A stretch of 63,776 nt of DNA, counting the filler, from Aduncisulcus paluster (taxonomy: Eukaryota), in NCBI GenBank assembly GCA_024181965.1. It is 7 parts of 7 records of this genome, joined end to end, with 100 filler letters (N's around TTAATTAATTAA, not from the genome) between each part and the next. Parts side by side here need not be neighbours in the genome. Positions count along the whole stretch, not along the records: positions 50,973 to 61,484 come from BQXS01013779.1; positions 61,585 to 63,776 come from BQXS01013871.1; 5 more parts are not named here. One strand, written 5' to 3'. Position numbers and translations under genes: made by a program. The stretch's first letter is position 1. Each line of letters starts with the position of its first letter. The notes under the pieces are model-generated. The model ran no database searches and was not told where the DNA came from. It saw nothing but the letters and a program-made list of their open reading frames with translations. Shown piece after piece: positions 54,801 to 63,776 of this stretch.

Positions 54801-57064
54801 TTTGAAACAATGGGTTCTATTTCTTCTTTTTTCTTTTCAGGAGTTCTCTGTTGTGGTTTATCATGAATATCAATTCTTTTATCGAGCTCTTGAACTTTGT
54901 CTTCTTTCACTTTGCGGATCTCATTATTTTCGCCACTCTCTTTTAAAACAACAGTAGATAACGAAGAATTGGATTGACTTTTAGGGTCATCCGTGAGTGC
55001 ACCAGATTGAGTGAGTTGCCCAGCTTCCTTAACAGTCTTGGACGGTGCCAAATCACCTGATAGTTCGTCCTGTGTTAGAGGTGTTGACATGAGTGAAATT
55101 GAAGAGGATGTGGACATTTTGGAAGTCGGGCTATTCTGAGGTTTGGTTGTGCTCTGTTTCTCAGATACCCGTGGTGAAATATTGTATTGTTTTGTTTGAG
55201 GCATCATAAATGGACTCATAGGAAAAGACGAAAACCCTTCAATTTGTTCTTCAACGCTCTCCTCTTCCTCTTCTTCCTCCTCTTCCTCCTCTTTCTCTTC
55301 CTCTTTTTCTTCTTTTTCTCGTTTCATTCTTAACTCCTCTTCAAATTTCATCTGTTTTTCTTCCTCTTCTCTCCTCTTTTCTTCCGCAATTCTTTGTTTT
55401 TCTTCCTCTTCTCTCCTCTTTTCTTCCGCAATTCTTTGTTTTTCTTCCTCTTCTCTTCTCTTTTCTTTCACAATTCTTTGTTTTTCTTCCTCTTCTCTTC
55501 TCTTTTCTTCCGCAATTCTTTGTTTTTCTTGTTCAATTCGTTTCCTTTCAAGTTCAATTCGTTTCCTTTTCTCTCTCTTTTCTTCCTCTTCTCTTCTCTT
55601 TTCTTCTTGTTGTTTTCTCCTCTCTTCTTCTTCTTTTTGTTTCTTTTCTTCAAGGATTTTCTTCTCTAATTCTTCTTCTTCCTCCTCTTCTTCTTCTTCT
55701 TCTTCTTCTTCTTCCTCTTTCTCTTCCTTTTCTTCTTCTTTCTCTTCCTTTTCTTCTTCTTGTTTCTTTTCTTTTCGATCCACATTTAGTGAGGTTTTCC
55801 CTTGAGGAACAGGAAGCTCATTTTTACCTAATTCTGAACCAGTTTTCACAATTGAACCAGTTTTCACAATTGATTCAACTGAAAAATCCTTTGTTTCTTT
55901 CTTGTGCTCTTCATAAGCGACCACATTGCTTGTAAACCTTACATAAGTTCGTGTCCATCCGCCATTCTTGTTGCACCAGGTCATAGCATCATCATACTTT
56001 GGTGATAGACGGGGAACAAGAGATGGAACGGTCGAAAGCATGGAAATGAGATTGGAATAACATTTCACAGCCCATTTGAATCGAACTCCCTGACTCACAC
56101 TGCCGTGCTGTTGTTCACCCTTCATTTTCTTCACAAGATCAAACCAACCCCCAAGATCATCTTTGATATTGCCATAAACTTCAATGGCTTGGGAAGGAAT
56201 GCAACTCAAATGAGAGAAGAAACAAAGAGATCGGAAGACACATTCATCATCAAATGTGATACCTTTGGAGGCAATGTCCTTCACAACATCCAAGACAGGA
56301 TGGAATACAAACCAAAGTTGTGAACAACGGTCTTTATGAGGGTTGATGTTATCCTTATCACTTGTGAGGTTCTTCAAGATGTTTGACCAATGCAAAAAGA
56401 ACTCCTTGTCAGGAAATTTCTCCATCCATGGCAAGATGTGAGGGAGAAGAATAGATAAAAGGGAGTTCTTGGTGGAATCGTCCTTGGCATATGAAATAGT
56501 TCGGCATGTCAGAAGGATATCTTCAATGAAAAAATTATCAAATTTCTTAGATAAGCAAATTGGAAACATTTCTGAGAGAAGAGGAGCAAGATGAGTAAAA
56601 ATAGTGACTCTAAGCGAAGGGATATGCGATGTCGAGACATTTACGAGCCTAAACAATGCCAATGTTATGGAATTCACTCGGGATTGTGTAGATCCACCTT
56701 CTTTCACTCGAAGAATACTTTCAACTCGAATCATTGAAGGCAAGAAAGAGTCAATGATCTTCTTTATCGAAGATTTACCCAGAATAATCTCAATTTCACC
56801 TTTTTCTAGAGTTCCATATTTTGTAACTTTATGATTTACGAATAAGGACAAACATTCAAAACAAAGGGTGAAAAGATCTCGATTGGATGTGATGGTGGAG
56901 GGCGAATAAGTGAATTCGTCAAAAATAGACTTGAGAGGAGGATATGATTCTTTAAATAGGGATTCCAGTTCAGACCCATTCGATGTACTTTTAATAGATG
57001 ATCTCAATGCTTTAAGATCGGGTATTTTGAAAGTCTTTGGAGTTTTATCTTTTGGATTAGACAT
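51884..57064 (-). CDS. ARM/HEAT-like cassette fused to a long Glu/Lys/Arg coiled-coil and Ser/Pro-rich protein; ~1622 aa after removing the gap duplication
   Basis: The N-terminal ~380 aa (~55930-57020) closely match the fourth cassette of 405..6584 (ITSN.DLF.LCFECLSLFV.HKVTK, KDD.TKNSLL, PHKDR.SQLWFVFHPVLD). The remainder is EEKQRIAEEKRRE repeats, coiled coil and SIPPS motifs. Confidence 0.88.
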   Translation of the reverse strand: MSNPKDKTPKTFKIPDLKALRSSIKSTSNGSELESLFKESYPPLKSIFDEFTYSPSTITSNRDLFTLCFECLSLFVNHKVTKYGTLEKGEIEIILGKSSIKKIIDSFLPSMIRVESILRVKEGGSTQSRVNSITLALFRLVNVSTSHIPSLRVTIFTHLAPLLSEMFPICLSKKFDNFFIEDILLTCRTISYAKDDSTKNSLLSILLPHILPWMEKFPDKEFFLHWSNILKNLTSDKDNINPHKDRCSQLWFVFHPVLDVVKDIASKGITFDDECVFRSLCFFSHLSCIPSQAIEVYGNIKDDLGGWFDLVKKMKGEQQHGSVSQGVRFKWAVKCYSNLISMLSTVPSLVPRLSPKYDDAMTWCNKNGGWTRTYVRFTSNVVAYEEHKKETKDFSVESIVKTGSIVKTGSELGKNELPVPQGKTSLNVDRKEKKQEEEKEEKEEEKEEKEEEEEEEEEEEEEEEELEKKILEEKKQKEEEERRKQQEEKRREEEEKREKRKRIELERKRIEQEKQRIAEEKRREEEEKQRIVKEKRREEEEKQRIAEEKRREEEEKQRIAEEKRREEEEKQMKFEEELRMKREKEEKEEEKEEEEEEEEEEESVEEQIEGFSSFPMSPFMMPQTKQYNISPRVSEKQSTTKPQNSPTSKMSTSSSISLMSTPLTQDELSGDLAPSKTVKEAGQLTQSGALTDDPKSQSNSSLSTVVLKESGENNEIRKVKEDKVQELDKRIDIHDKPQQRTPEKKKEEIEPIVSNPLGNGSTLVGSEMRYAPIDVGSSRRKDREAHIGNSGTRRLKRRPKSTPPPPPIDIPLSSTGTSSPLSLSSLSSSLSPALYSAVLSILHNAVKKEKEHGMRERERERKEREHRVKEEERKRKDAERKHREEERREWEAERRRREEERRDWERREESWKAKVKXXXXXXXXLSLSSLSSSLSPALYSAVLSILHNAVKKEKEHGMRERERERKEREHRVKEEERKRKDAERKHREEERREWEAERRRREEERRDWERREESWKAKVKEVLKNKEIVELRDNEREIELQAIRVRVKLMQQRDLERETLLHKKEEEVKVSSDVKERWEQERAILSETQTTLELKIKDLEQKHAKEKDEWILERQAFLASSNSSKDATKELIDDRNSWKQRAKKHEERVIKLEASLHSLSIQHEEELRKLGEIIGQQSKQLEEMRSIAAEKEKRAKQRQSDFLVPTDDEKPFSRTHTFPYSDRRSGMGDKKNDIVLAETMPVAPSDMSHHLPPLVDDSDSLSNDEFPHTPSGGQGHAHHKSSPSFSMSGERMVDALEWVENEKQWSSAEEDIQMERYRQERARKQHSHSERGREDTSSKYEIKSRNRFAKTEDASVISGEARWETNTLPILDLDPDLLNDDLFLDDDENSLEKGLPQREEDEERRARARRERKLDEERKRKEEAKRRAQLLFEDQERRRIEEERRREEEKKWQEERQKRNEEERRRREKVDVPRYSSFEPQSIPPSIPSYPQHSSDRRVPVSSSSIPPRDSKASDDKGMAGVSLSHGPSRAQGMGPAIPSIPSYSSSVRPSSIVQSRPSLSHQWSTEELRQNPYSLSTRGDRGNIGRSSSLSFAQSHGPVSAKLESRPRLSSDPGHSIPSIPPSIPPSISSGYTKHSIPPPNPLSDFFVDSHTRFGSAANHGAHLMSGSSVTSSSHFPYPQVSASTNSLTSYSTSSVAGPSDLEARLRAFSSQSRLASNSLYGADL
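54003..54606. other. Assembly artefact: 20-N gap (54295-54314) with 292-bp duplicated flanks
   Basis: 54003-54294 is repeated at 54315-54606. Confidence 0.9.
55350..55530 (-). repeat. 39-bp coding tandem repeat (EEKQRIAEEKRRE) x~4
   Basis: ttcttccgcaattctttgtttttcttcctcttctctcctct and variants at 39-bp spacing. Confidence 0.9.
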
Positions 57065-58033
57065 TTGTGTATATATCGCCGAATAGTTAATAATTTTGGT
57101 ATGACAGGTTTATAAAGGTCTGTATTTGAGTTTTCAATTGAATTGAATTGCTTGTTGTAGATCACTATGATGTTGATTCGAATAAATTCAAAGAGTAGGG
57201 TAAAAAAAATAAAATCCAGTGATTTATGAAAGATAAACAATATTACGCATAAGAATAGAAAATAAAATGTAATGAAATACAATAAAAATCAGTAAACATC
57301 GACAAAATATCAACGATCTCCACGATATACCATCAGAAGATTGCGAGTCGAAAGGTGGAGAAAACTACAATATTTACATACAGTTCTGATCGGAATGTAC
57401 AATAATTATAACGAAAAGGAGCACTCAAACTGGTACTCAATAGACCTTGAACGAAAACCAAGGGCGTTGAGTTTTCGTCGGCAATAGTTAATTTGAAGAA
57501 CTTTATTATAGCAGTGAAGTGTTTTTAAATAGTTATAGAACTCATTCAAGACATATATATGTGATTCTACCCCCATATTGCTTGGAAATTCCAAATTGGA
57601 ATGATTGAATCAAAAGTACATCCAACCACTCCAACTGTAGCAATTTTCCCTTCCTCTTCGCGAAGGGCACCCCATATTACTGGAAGGACGTTGTTTGAAT
57701 AAATATTTGCGATTGATATGCATATCAGTGATTTATAGTTGTATCCACAACTTGTAGGATAAATTCTAGTATAGTAAAAAACACACCGAATCCTCATCAA
57801 GTTTTGAGTTAAAAACAATGTGCATAAGATATTGCCTCAAATTCTTCAACGGATATTACCTTTTCCTTCCCTTTTTCTCATTTCGTTGTAACAAAGTAGA
57901 CTTCGCTTGCAAGCAGATATTAAATCAACATTTCCGTAATCGAAATTCTATCTCCATCCAAGTGGTACGAAACGCTCGAATGACACTCTCCTATCATTCT
58001 CAGTTCACGCTTCTCTCGGAATTATTTAATTGA

Positions 58034-60163
58034 TTACTCTTCCTCTTCCTTCACTATTTTATGCATTTCTTTTTCAACCAATTGTAATACGTATTTCCCC
58101 AGATTTACGAAAGTTAGAGTGTGCCGATACTTCTCAAAACAATACAGAACAATCTCACAAACAACTCCATACTCTAATGGAATACGCGTGTGAATATCAC
58201 ACAAAAGCTCCCAAAGCTCCCTTCCAACAATTCCGAACACCTGTCCGATTATGTGGCTATGGTGATCTCTCCGTCTATGCATCATAGAATCTGATTCCTC
58301 CTCATCATCTTCTTCACCGTGAATACATGTCTTCATTGTGTCAAATCCCTCCATGTCGCCAAAAACAAGAGAAAGCGTGGCAAGGAGAAGCAAAGGAATA
58401 AGAACAACAGGATCGGGATATTTTACAAGGAATGAGACCAATATCTTTTTAAGAAAAGCAATAAAAGGAACGAATAATCGATTTTCAAGACACCATAGAC
58501 ACTGCGACACCGTGATTGCGTGCGGATGACATGCAATAAGCATATTTTGGGTATCCATTGACAAGCGATCATACACTTTGGATATCATCTTTCTGTTCCC
58601 ATTTAAGATCAAAACAAAGAAATATAGCTCACTAAGTTCAGAGATGGAACATATATCATTAATTCTGAGGCAATACAGAGGATTGATGGAAGTGAGAGTG
58701 AAGAAAGCAGAGGATATATCTGGTCGCGAAAGAGAAATATGAAAAGATATCAGTTCAGAAGAGACCATATGGGCAATATCACTCACAGATTTCAGAGATA
58801 AAGTGCACGAACGTCTCTCTTTCATCCATCTTTTGATTCCCTTTGAACTCTTACACAGATAGCTCAGGCCAAGAGCCAGAGAGAAGAAATGGGATTGGGT
58901 GTGGATGGAACAATATGTGAAAATTTCATCAAGACACTCCTCAGCCTCTTTCCACTTTCCACAGCTTTTCAACAAAAGACATCGTTCAGCCAAAAGAAAA
59001 TATACACAACCGTCCATGGCAGATGACTTGAACCTTGCGATTCTCTCATCCATTGTCTGAAGTTCAATATCTCGTCGTTTTGTCGCGTATTCAATCCAAG
59101 GGGTGGAACATGAGAGAATGGGAAGATAAGAAGACGATGAACCAGGATCATGGGATATGATCATAGAGTAGAGATCATCAGTTCGGCCATTACGATATAA
59201 ATATTGTCTCATTGCTGGGATTTTTCTCTTCAAAATGCGACAAATACGAGCGGAAGAATGAGATACCTTCTTGGCAAAGTCAATGCACATCCGAACAGAA
59301 ATGGGATAGGAAGCTATTTTAACAGGAGAAACGGCAACAAAAATGGCAGATATATTCGAAATTGTGGGTATCGTGGGTATCACAATCGGTGAAATAAAAG
59401 CAGAAGAAGAGGAAAGACCTCTTACATATTCCAAACGTTTCTTTGTCTCAATATCATCTATTACTATTCTATGCAGTTCAGAAGCATCAAATGTATGGCA
59501 ATGCTTTGATGTTGTGGTCCCAGAAGGGTATAATCGAGATGTAACATTTGAATCATTTTCAATAAAAAGTTGAGGAAATAAGGAATCACCTACAATGGAT
59601 GATGATCGTTTGGTGACAAAGGAATCAATGGATACAATGGGTGTCGGAGTTTCTACCATCTGTTGAAGGACTTCACGACTTGATTCTGGTACTGCAGCGC
59701 TTAGGGAAGGAACAGGATTCACATTCATACTGGGTAGTGGAATAGAGGATATAAATGGACCAATTACGAATGTATCATTAATTTTATCAAGATCAGGATT
59801 ACTGTGAAGAACTAAATCCCGGGGGAAAACACTCATTTTATCATCAGGAATAAACTCAAGTTCGGCAAGAACCCGAGCAACAAGTTCTGCTTCTCGACAA
59901 ATATTTTCATATAATTCTATATTTAGAGTATCTCTCATTGTAAGATATGCAGCCATTTTATAACAATCTCGTGATATTGAAGGATACATCCTTCCGTAGA
60001 GGATAAAGGATCTAATGGTAAATTCTGAACATCTTGAAACAAATAACGTAGATAAATTGAAATCTAAATATTTTTCAAGTTCTTTACCTGAAAACAAACG
60101 CTCTGCAATCTCACTTCGATCTTTTGAATTCGACCAGTGAAAAAAATCGTCCATATATTCCAT
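58034..60163 (-). CDS. Divergent COP9 signalosome subunit 1 (CSN1/RPN7-family)-like protein with a large insertion
   Basis: WIEYATKRRDIELQTMDERIARFKSSAMDGCVY......CGKWKEAEECLDEIFTYCS parallels CSN1 WVE...LEKLD.DLKNYK.NSIKESIR...CGDL..ALKCY.R.RDYCT; N-terminal YPSISRDCYKMA...DTLNIELY is also CSN1-like. Confidence 0.65.
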   Translation of the reverse strand: MEYMDDFFHWSNSKDRSEIAERLFSGKELEKYLDFNLSTLFVSRCSEFTIRSFILYGRMYPSISRDCYKMAAYLTMRDTLNIELYENICREAELVARVLAELEFIPDDKMSVFPRDLVLHSNPDLDKINDTFVIGPFISSIPLPSMNVNPVPSLSAAVPESSREVLQQMVETPTPIVSIDSFVTKRSSSIVGDSLFPQLFIENDSNVTSRLYPSGTTTSKHCHTFDASELHRIVIDDIETKKRLEYVRGLSSSSAFISPIVIPTIPTISNISAIFVAVSPVKIASYPISVRMCIDFAKKVSHSSARICRILKRKIPAMRQYLYRNGRTDDLYSMIISHDPGSSSSYLPILSCSTPWIEYATKRRDIELQTMDERIARFKSSAMDGCVYFLLAERCLLLKSCGKWKEAEECLDEIFTYCSIHTQSHFFSLALGLSYLCKSSKGIKRWMKERRSCTLSLKSVSDIAHMVSSELISFHISLSRPDISSAFFTLTSINPLYCLRINDICSISELSELYFFVLILNGNRKMISKVYDRLSMDTQNMLIACHPHAITVSQCLWCLENRLFVPFIAFLKKILVSFLVKYPDPVVLIPLLLLATLSLVFGDMEGFDTMKTCIHGEEDDEEESDSMMHRRRDHHSHIIGQVFGIVGRELWELLCDIHTRIPLEYGVVCEIVLYCFEKYRHTLTFVNLGKYVLQLVEKEMHKIVKEEEE

Positions 60164-60658
60164 ATTGTTTTAATATTTCAATAAATAATGCCGTTTTATC
60201 GATCTTATTAGTTATTAAAAGACGATATTGTACAAAACTGGAAAAAACAAATTCCCATCTTTCTGTAAATGAGTAATTAAGAGTAATTCATAAAGATTTA
60301 ATATAGATATTTTCTTCTAAGTTTATTTATTATTCAAAAATATCATTCTATACTACCCAAGCCAAACTTCGGAATCGAAATCAACCAAAGATAAAAAAAG
60401 TCATAATCTATTAGCTAGAGCATTAGATTTGATATAATAAACCACATTTATGATTCATATTGAGCCAATCACTTTTATAAAAATGGTGGTTGTGGCAAAA
60501 AACTGAATTCGACAAATCTCTCTTATTGTATTGGAAAGATATTAAATATTTAATAAAATTTGGATTTTAATAAAAAGATTAGTTTATCTACAGCATGAAA
60601 ATTCAATATTTTGATTTATTCCAAGTTGGAAAAGTTTTCCCCATTTTTTGCTATACAT

Positions 60659-61484
60659 ATGGACTTAGAATTAAAGGAAAAGAGGATTTATTTAAAGAGA
60701 TGGAAAGCAAAGTTAGAAGAGAAGAAGAGATATGTGAAGGGAGAAGAAAGAGAGAAGATAAGAAGAGAATGGGATCGCTTAAATAGAGAGATAGTGAAAT
60801 ATAAAGATAAGAAGGAAAAATGGGAAGCTGAAGAAAAGAAGAAGAGAAATGATTTGGAATTGCCAGCATCTGCCCCCTCTCGAATTGATACGCCAATGGA
60901 ATCTATCACACCCTCTCGGTCCGATTATTTTAGATCTGCTCTATCAGCCATTGGTGATTCAGAACGAACGATTAGAACTTTGGAAGAAAAAGAACATCTT
61001 TCTAAACCGAGGAAACCGGAAGAAGAGAAAGAGAAAAAAGATGAGAAAAAGAAGAAAGAAGAAAAGAAAAAGAACAGCAAAGAGGAATTCAAACCTCTTG
61101 AGCCTAAACATAAACCTTCTGAACCTAAACATAAACCTGAACCTAAACATAAACCTGAACCTAAACATAAACCTCCTGAGCCTAAACATAAACCTGAACC
61201 TAAACATAAACCTGAGCCTAAACAGAAACTTCCTGAGGCTGAACATAAACCTGAACCTAAACATAAACCTGAGCCTAAACAGAAACTTCCTGAGGCTGAA
61301 CATAAATCTCCTGAAATTGAGCACCGTCCCATAGTTAATCCTGTAGATACTCGCCCTATTAGTCCTCATTATGATATAGAAACTCCTATTTTGAGACAGC
61401 ATAACAATACAGGTCCTCTCCATGAGCATTTTCATATTGGAGATGGTATTATGGCTGAACAGCAACAAAGAGCCCGTGAATATG
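60659..61484 (+). CDS. Hypothetical Lys/Glu-rich protein with PKHKPE repeats; 3'-truncated
   Basis: ATG at 60659; N-terminal coiled coil; open to the contig end. Confidence 0.8.
61091..61320 (+). repeat. 18/21-bp coding tandem repeats (PKHKPE / PKQKLPE / AEHKPE)
   Basis: cctaaacataaacctgaa units repeated ~11 times, with a higher-order duplication near the end. Confidence 0.92.
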
Positions 61485-61584
61485 NNNNNNNNNNNNNNNN
61501 NNNNNNNNNNNNNNNNNNNNNNNNNNNNTTAATTAATTAANNNNNNNNNNNNNNNNNNNNNNNNNNNNNNNNNNNNNNNNNNNN
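61485..61584. other. Artificial contig-joining spacer
   Basis: 44 N + TTAATTAATTAA + 44 N. Confidence 0.98.
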
Positions 61585-62830
61585 ATTGCCAATTTATCGA
61601 AATGCTTTTTGCTTTATAATTACCGAATAATATTAATTATTTTTTTGTTTAAATATACATTTTCTATTTTATTAATGAATCGAAATCTCAGGCTTTATTT
61701 TGCTTCTCTGACGGTTCTGTATAGACGCCTGGCTTGTTTTTGTCTTTTCTCAATGTTTCTATATATTTTTTTGGCCAGCCTGGTTTATTACCCACACACA
61801 CACACACAGTTTCTATAAAATTCGATGATAATGACCACCCTGTGAAAACTGACTTTGCTTGTATGATCGGTATTCACATTTTTGACGAGTATTTTTGAAT
61901 GCATTTTCCAACAATTACAATAAACAAATTGCTCTCCACTGCTCAGATCTGAGCCTCAATCTGAAATCTCCAAAAAAAAAACATGTTTCTCTTTCTCGTC
62001 ATGAAAGATCATATTTTTGCCAATTTCTTTTGGAATATTCCCATGGAAAAAGAGATAATAGTTTCCTCTGGCATTGTAAATACAAGGAAGCGGTTGACAA
62101 AACTTAACTATTCCTTTTTTCCCATGGCAAAAAGCAGAGGCAGACGTCGATCAAATAACATAATGACTTTGAGGCAAAGTTTAACTTTCCAAGTCTTTGG
62201 GTGGACGAATTATCCGATGTTGGAGTCCTGTGCAAGATGCATTCAGAATGTCATGTTTCTCGAGTGAACTGCTGGAAAAGCAAAATATGGCAATTGTGTC
62301 GTGAATCCGCCAGTCTGTTACAGGGTCTTATCAGATTCGATTTTGATTAATGGATCCGGAGAACAATATAAAGGAAGTATTTCATTACTCTATAATCTAG
62401 CAGCAAAATATATATGTTTTAAGTCATAGACTTTTCGTAATATCATCATAATTGCCAAAATATTATTAAAATATGTCACTAAAATTTCTAATTGTTGGCA
62501 AAACAGAGCAATTGTGTTTTTTGACTCAATACTATTGACCTAGTAGGATGCTCGGAGCATCCAAATTGAAAAAAATATAGCCAAAAATACATAGTCATTA
62601 CAATAGAATAAGTAAAAGTTTTATTTCAGTGGTGAATAGGTATCTAGTTTAAGATAATATCACATAGATGTAGAATTATACAAGATAGCCAAAAAAATAG
62701 GCAAATCATCGATTGGAGTTTATCTATATTCATTAAGAACAAGCATAAATCGATAAGAATCGGAAAAAGAACGAAGAAAAAGAAATATTGAGACTATGAC
62801 AAACAATAAACTGATAAAATGATTTCAAAA

Positions 62831-63776
62831 TTATAACTTAAGATTACGGAAACCAGTAGCAATTGTAGCTAAAACATCTTTAACAGCACCAAGTTTGTTC
62901 TCACTCAGATCGAGATGTTGAATGGCATATTCTTGTTTCTCTTCCTTCTTCTCACCTTCTTCACCTTCCTTGGGGTCTTCTTCTTGCTTAAAGAGATTGT
63001 AGACGTCGTTGGCTTGAGCGGCAGCAATCTTGTTGTTTCTAAGCATGAGAACCTTGACACTTCCAGTGATACCACATTTGACGACCTCTGGGCTACTCTT
63101 ACCAATCTTGTTATCACTGAGGTCAAGGCCAGTCAAAAGACCAGAAGAGATCATTGGACACATGATAGGAACACACTTGGCATCAATTCCACACTCACGC
63201 ATGATGAGTTCACTCACACAGACAATACGAGGCTCCTTTTTGGGGACTTCCTCAACCTTCTGGGGCTCTTCTTCCTTCTTCTCCTCTTCTTCTTGAGGAT
63301 CTTCAGTTCCCTTGTTCTCTTCTTCAGTGGTCTCAGTGGTTTCTTCAACCTTGGGCTCTTCAACCTTAGGCTCTTCCTTTTCAACATATACGTCAACGAG
63401 AGCAGAAGTACTAACTGGGGAGAAGGTTATGCCAGACATGTCCACACAGACACAGCTTCCTCCTTCAACACAGGCTTTAACGAAACCAACAGCATTCATG
63501 GAGGAGAACATGTTGAAACCGAGAGAGACCTTACGGAGAGTACCAGCCAGTCCTGTGGGATGAGGTTGACGGAAGAACTTGAAGAGAGTGACATCTTCGG
63601 GTTCCTTACCTTCCTCGACAGGGGCAGGGGTCACGCCGACACCTTGGACACACTTGTCAGTGATCTTGTTGCCAGCAATGTCGAGAACTTGGAGTTTCTC
63701 ACAAGAGTCTTGGAGGAACTCAAGCAAGTCACGGACGGAATCACCAAGCTCACACCTGGGCAAAGAAAGCTCAATG
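62831..63776 (-). CDS. RI-type leucine-rich repeat protein, 3' part (5'-truncated by window)
   Basis: LQVLDIAGNKI, LRKVSLGFNMF, LTGLDLSDNKIG, VKVLMLRNNKI and IQHLDLSENKLG, with acidic inserts. Confidence 0.9.
   Translation of the reverse strand, partial: IELSLPRCELGDSVRDLLEFLQDSCEKLQVLDIAGNKITDKCVQGVGVTPAPVEEGKEPEDVTLFKFFRQPHPTGLAGTLRKVSLGFNMFSSMNAVGFVKACVEGGSCVCVDMSGITFSPVSTSALVDVYVEKEEPKVEEPKVEETTETTEEENKGTEDPQEEEEKKEEEPQKVEEVPKKEPRIVCVSELIMRECGIDAKCVPIMCPMISSGLLTGLDLSDNKIGKSSPEVVKCGITGSVKVLMLRNNKIAAAQANDVYNLFKQEEDPKEGEEGEKKEEKQEYAIQHLDLSENKLGAVKDVLATIATGFRNLKL

Noticed and set aside
35911..58036. TAA/TAG-to-Gln reassignment (hexamitid code) suggested by TAA-interrupted frames
   Set aside because: Multi-kilobase ORFs contain no in-frame TAA/TAG, and many clear genes end in TAA or TAG followed by AT-rich spacers.
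8188..61584. Recurrent TTAATTAATTAA motif as a genomic element; synteny across it
   Set aside because: It is always centred in 44+44 N, i.e. a synthetic six-frame-stop spacer. Genes on either side are not neighbours.
535..63563. Numerous short ORF-track entries antisense to or overlapping the long genes
   Set aside because: They are shadow frames of repetitive or low-complexity coding sequence with no independent motifs.

Overview
AT-rich, gene-dense, nearly intron-free eukaryotic (protist) DNA read with the standard genetic code. The window is seven unrelated contigs joined by artificial 100-nt spacers (44N+TTAATTAATTAA+44N). Six internal 20-N gaps are each flanked by a duplicated 199-330 bp overlap, an assembly artefact that splits or inflates ORFs. 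Gene style and families resemble a free-living fornicate such as Aduncisulcus (inference only). Recognisable genes: a CenH3-like histone with a ~31-aa loop-1 insertion, a Mei2-type RRM protein, a catalytically dead calpain, an Afi1/MesA (DENN-like) protein with one 73-nt GT-AG intron, two VPS9 Rab-GEFs (one apparently fused to an STB6-like domain), a kinesin, DBR1, a CSN1-like protein, two RI-type LRR proteins and a Rossmann-fold protein. The most striking signal is a family of large modular proteins on three different contigs. They recombine a ~340-370-aa ARM/HEAT-like helical cassette, a ~140-aa beta-sandwich-like domain, coiled coils and two kinase types in different orders. In one kinase the 1008-bp tandem cassettes are nearly identical in DNA yet show clustered whole-codon amino-acid changes at periodic helix positions, as in a hypervariable receptor repertoire.
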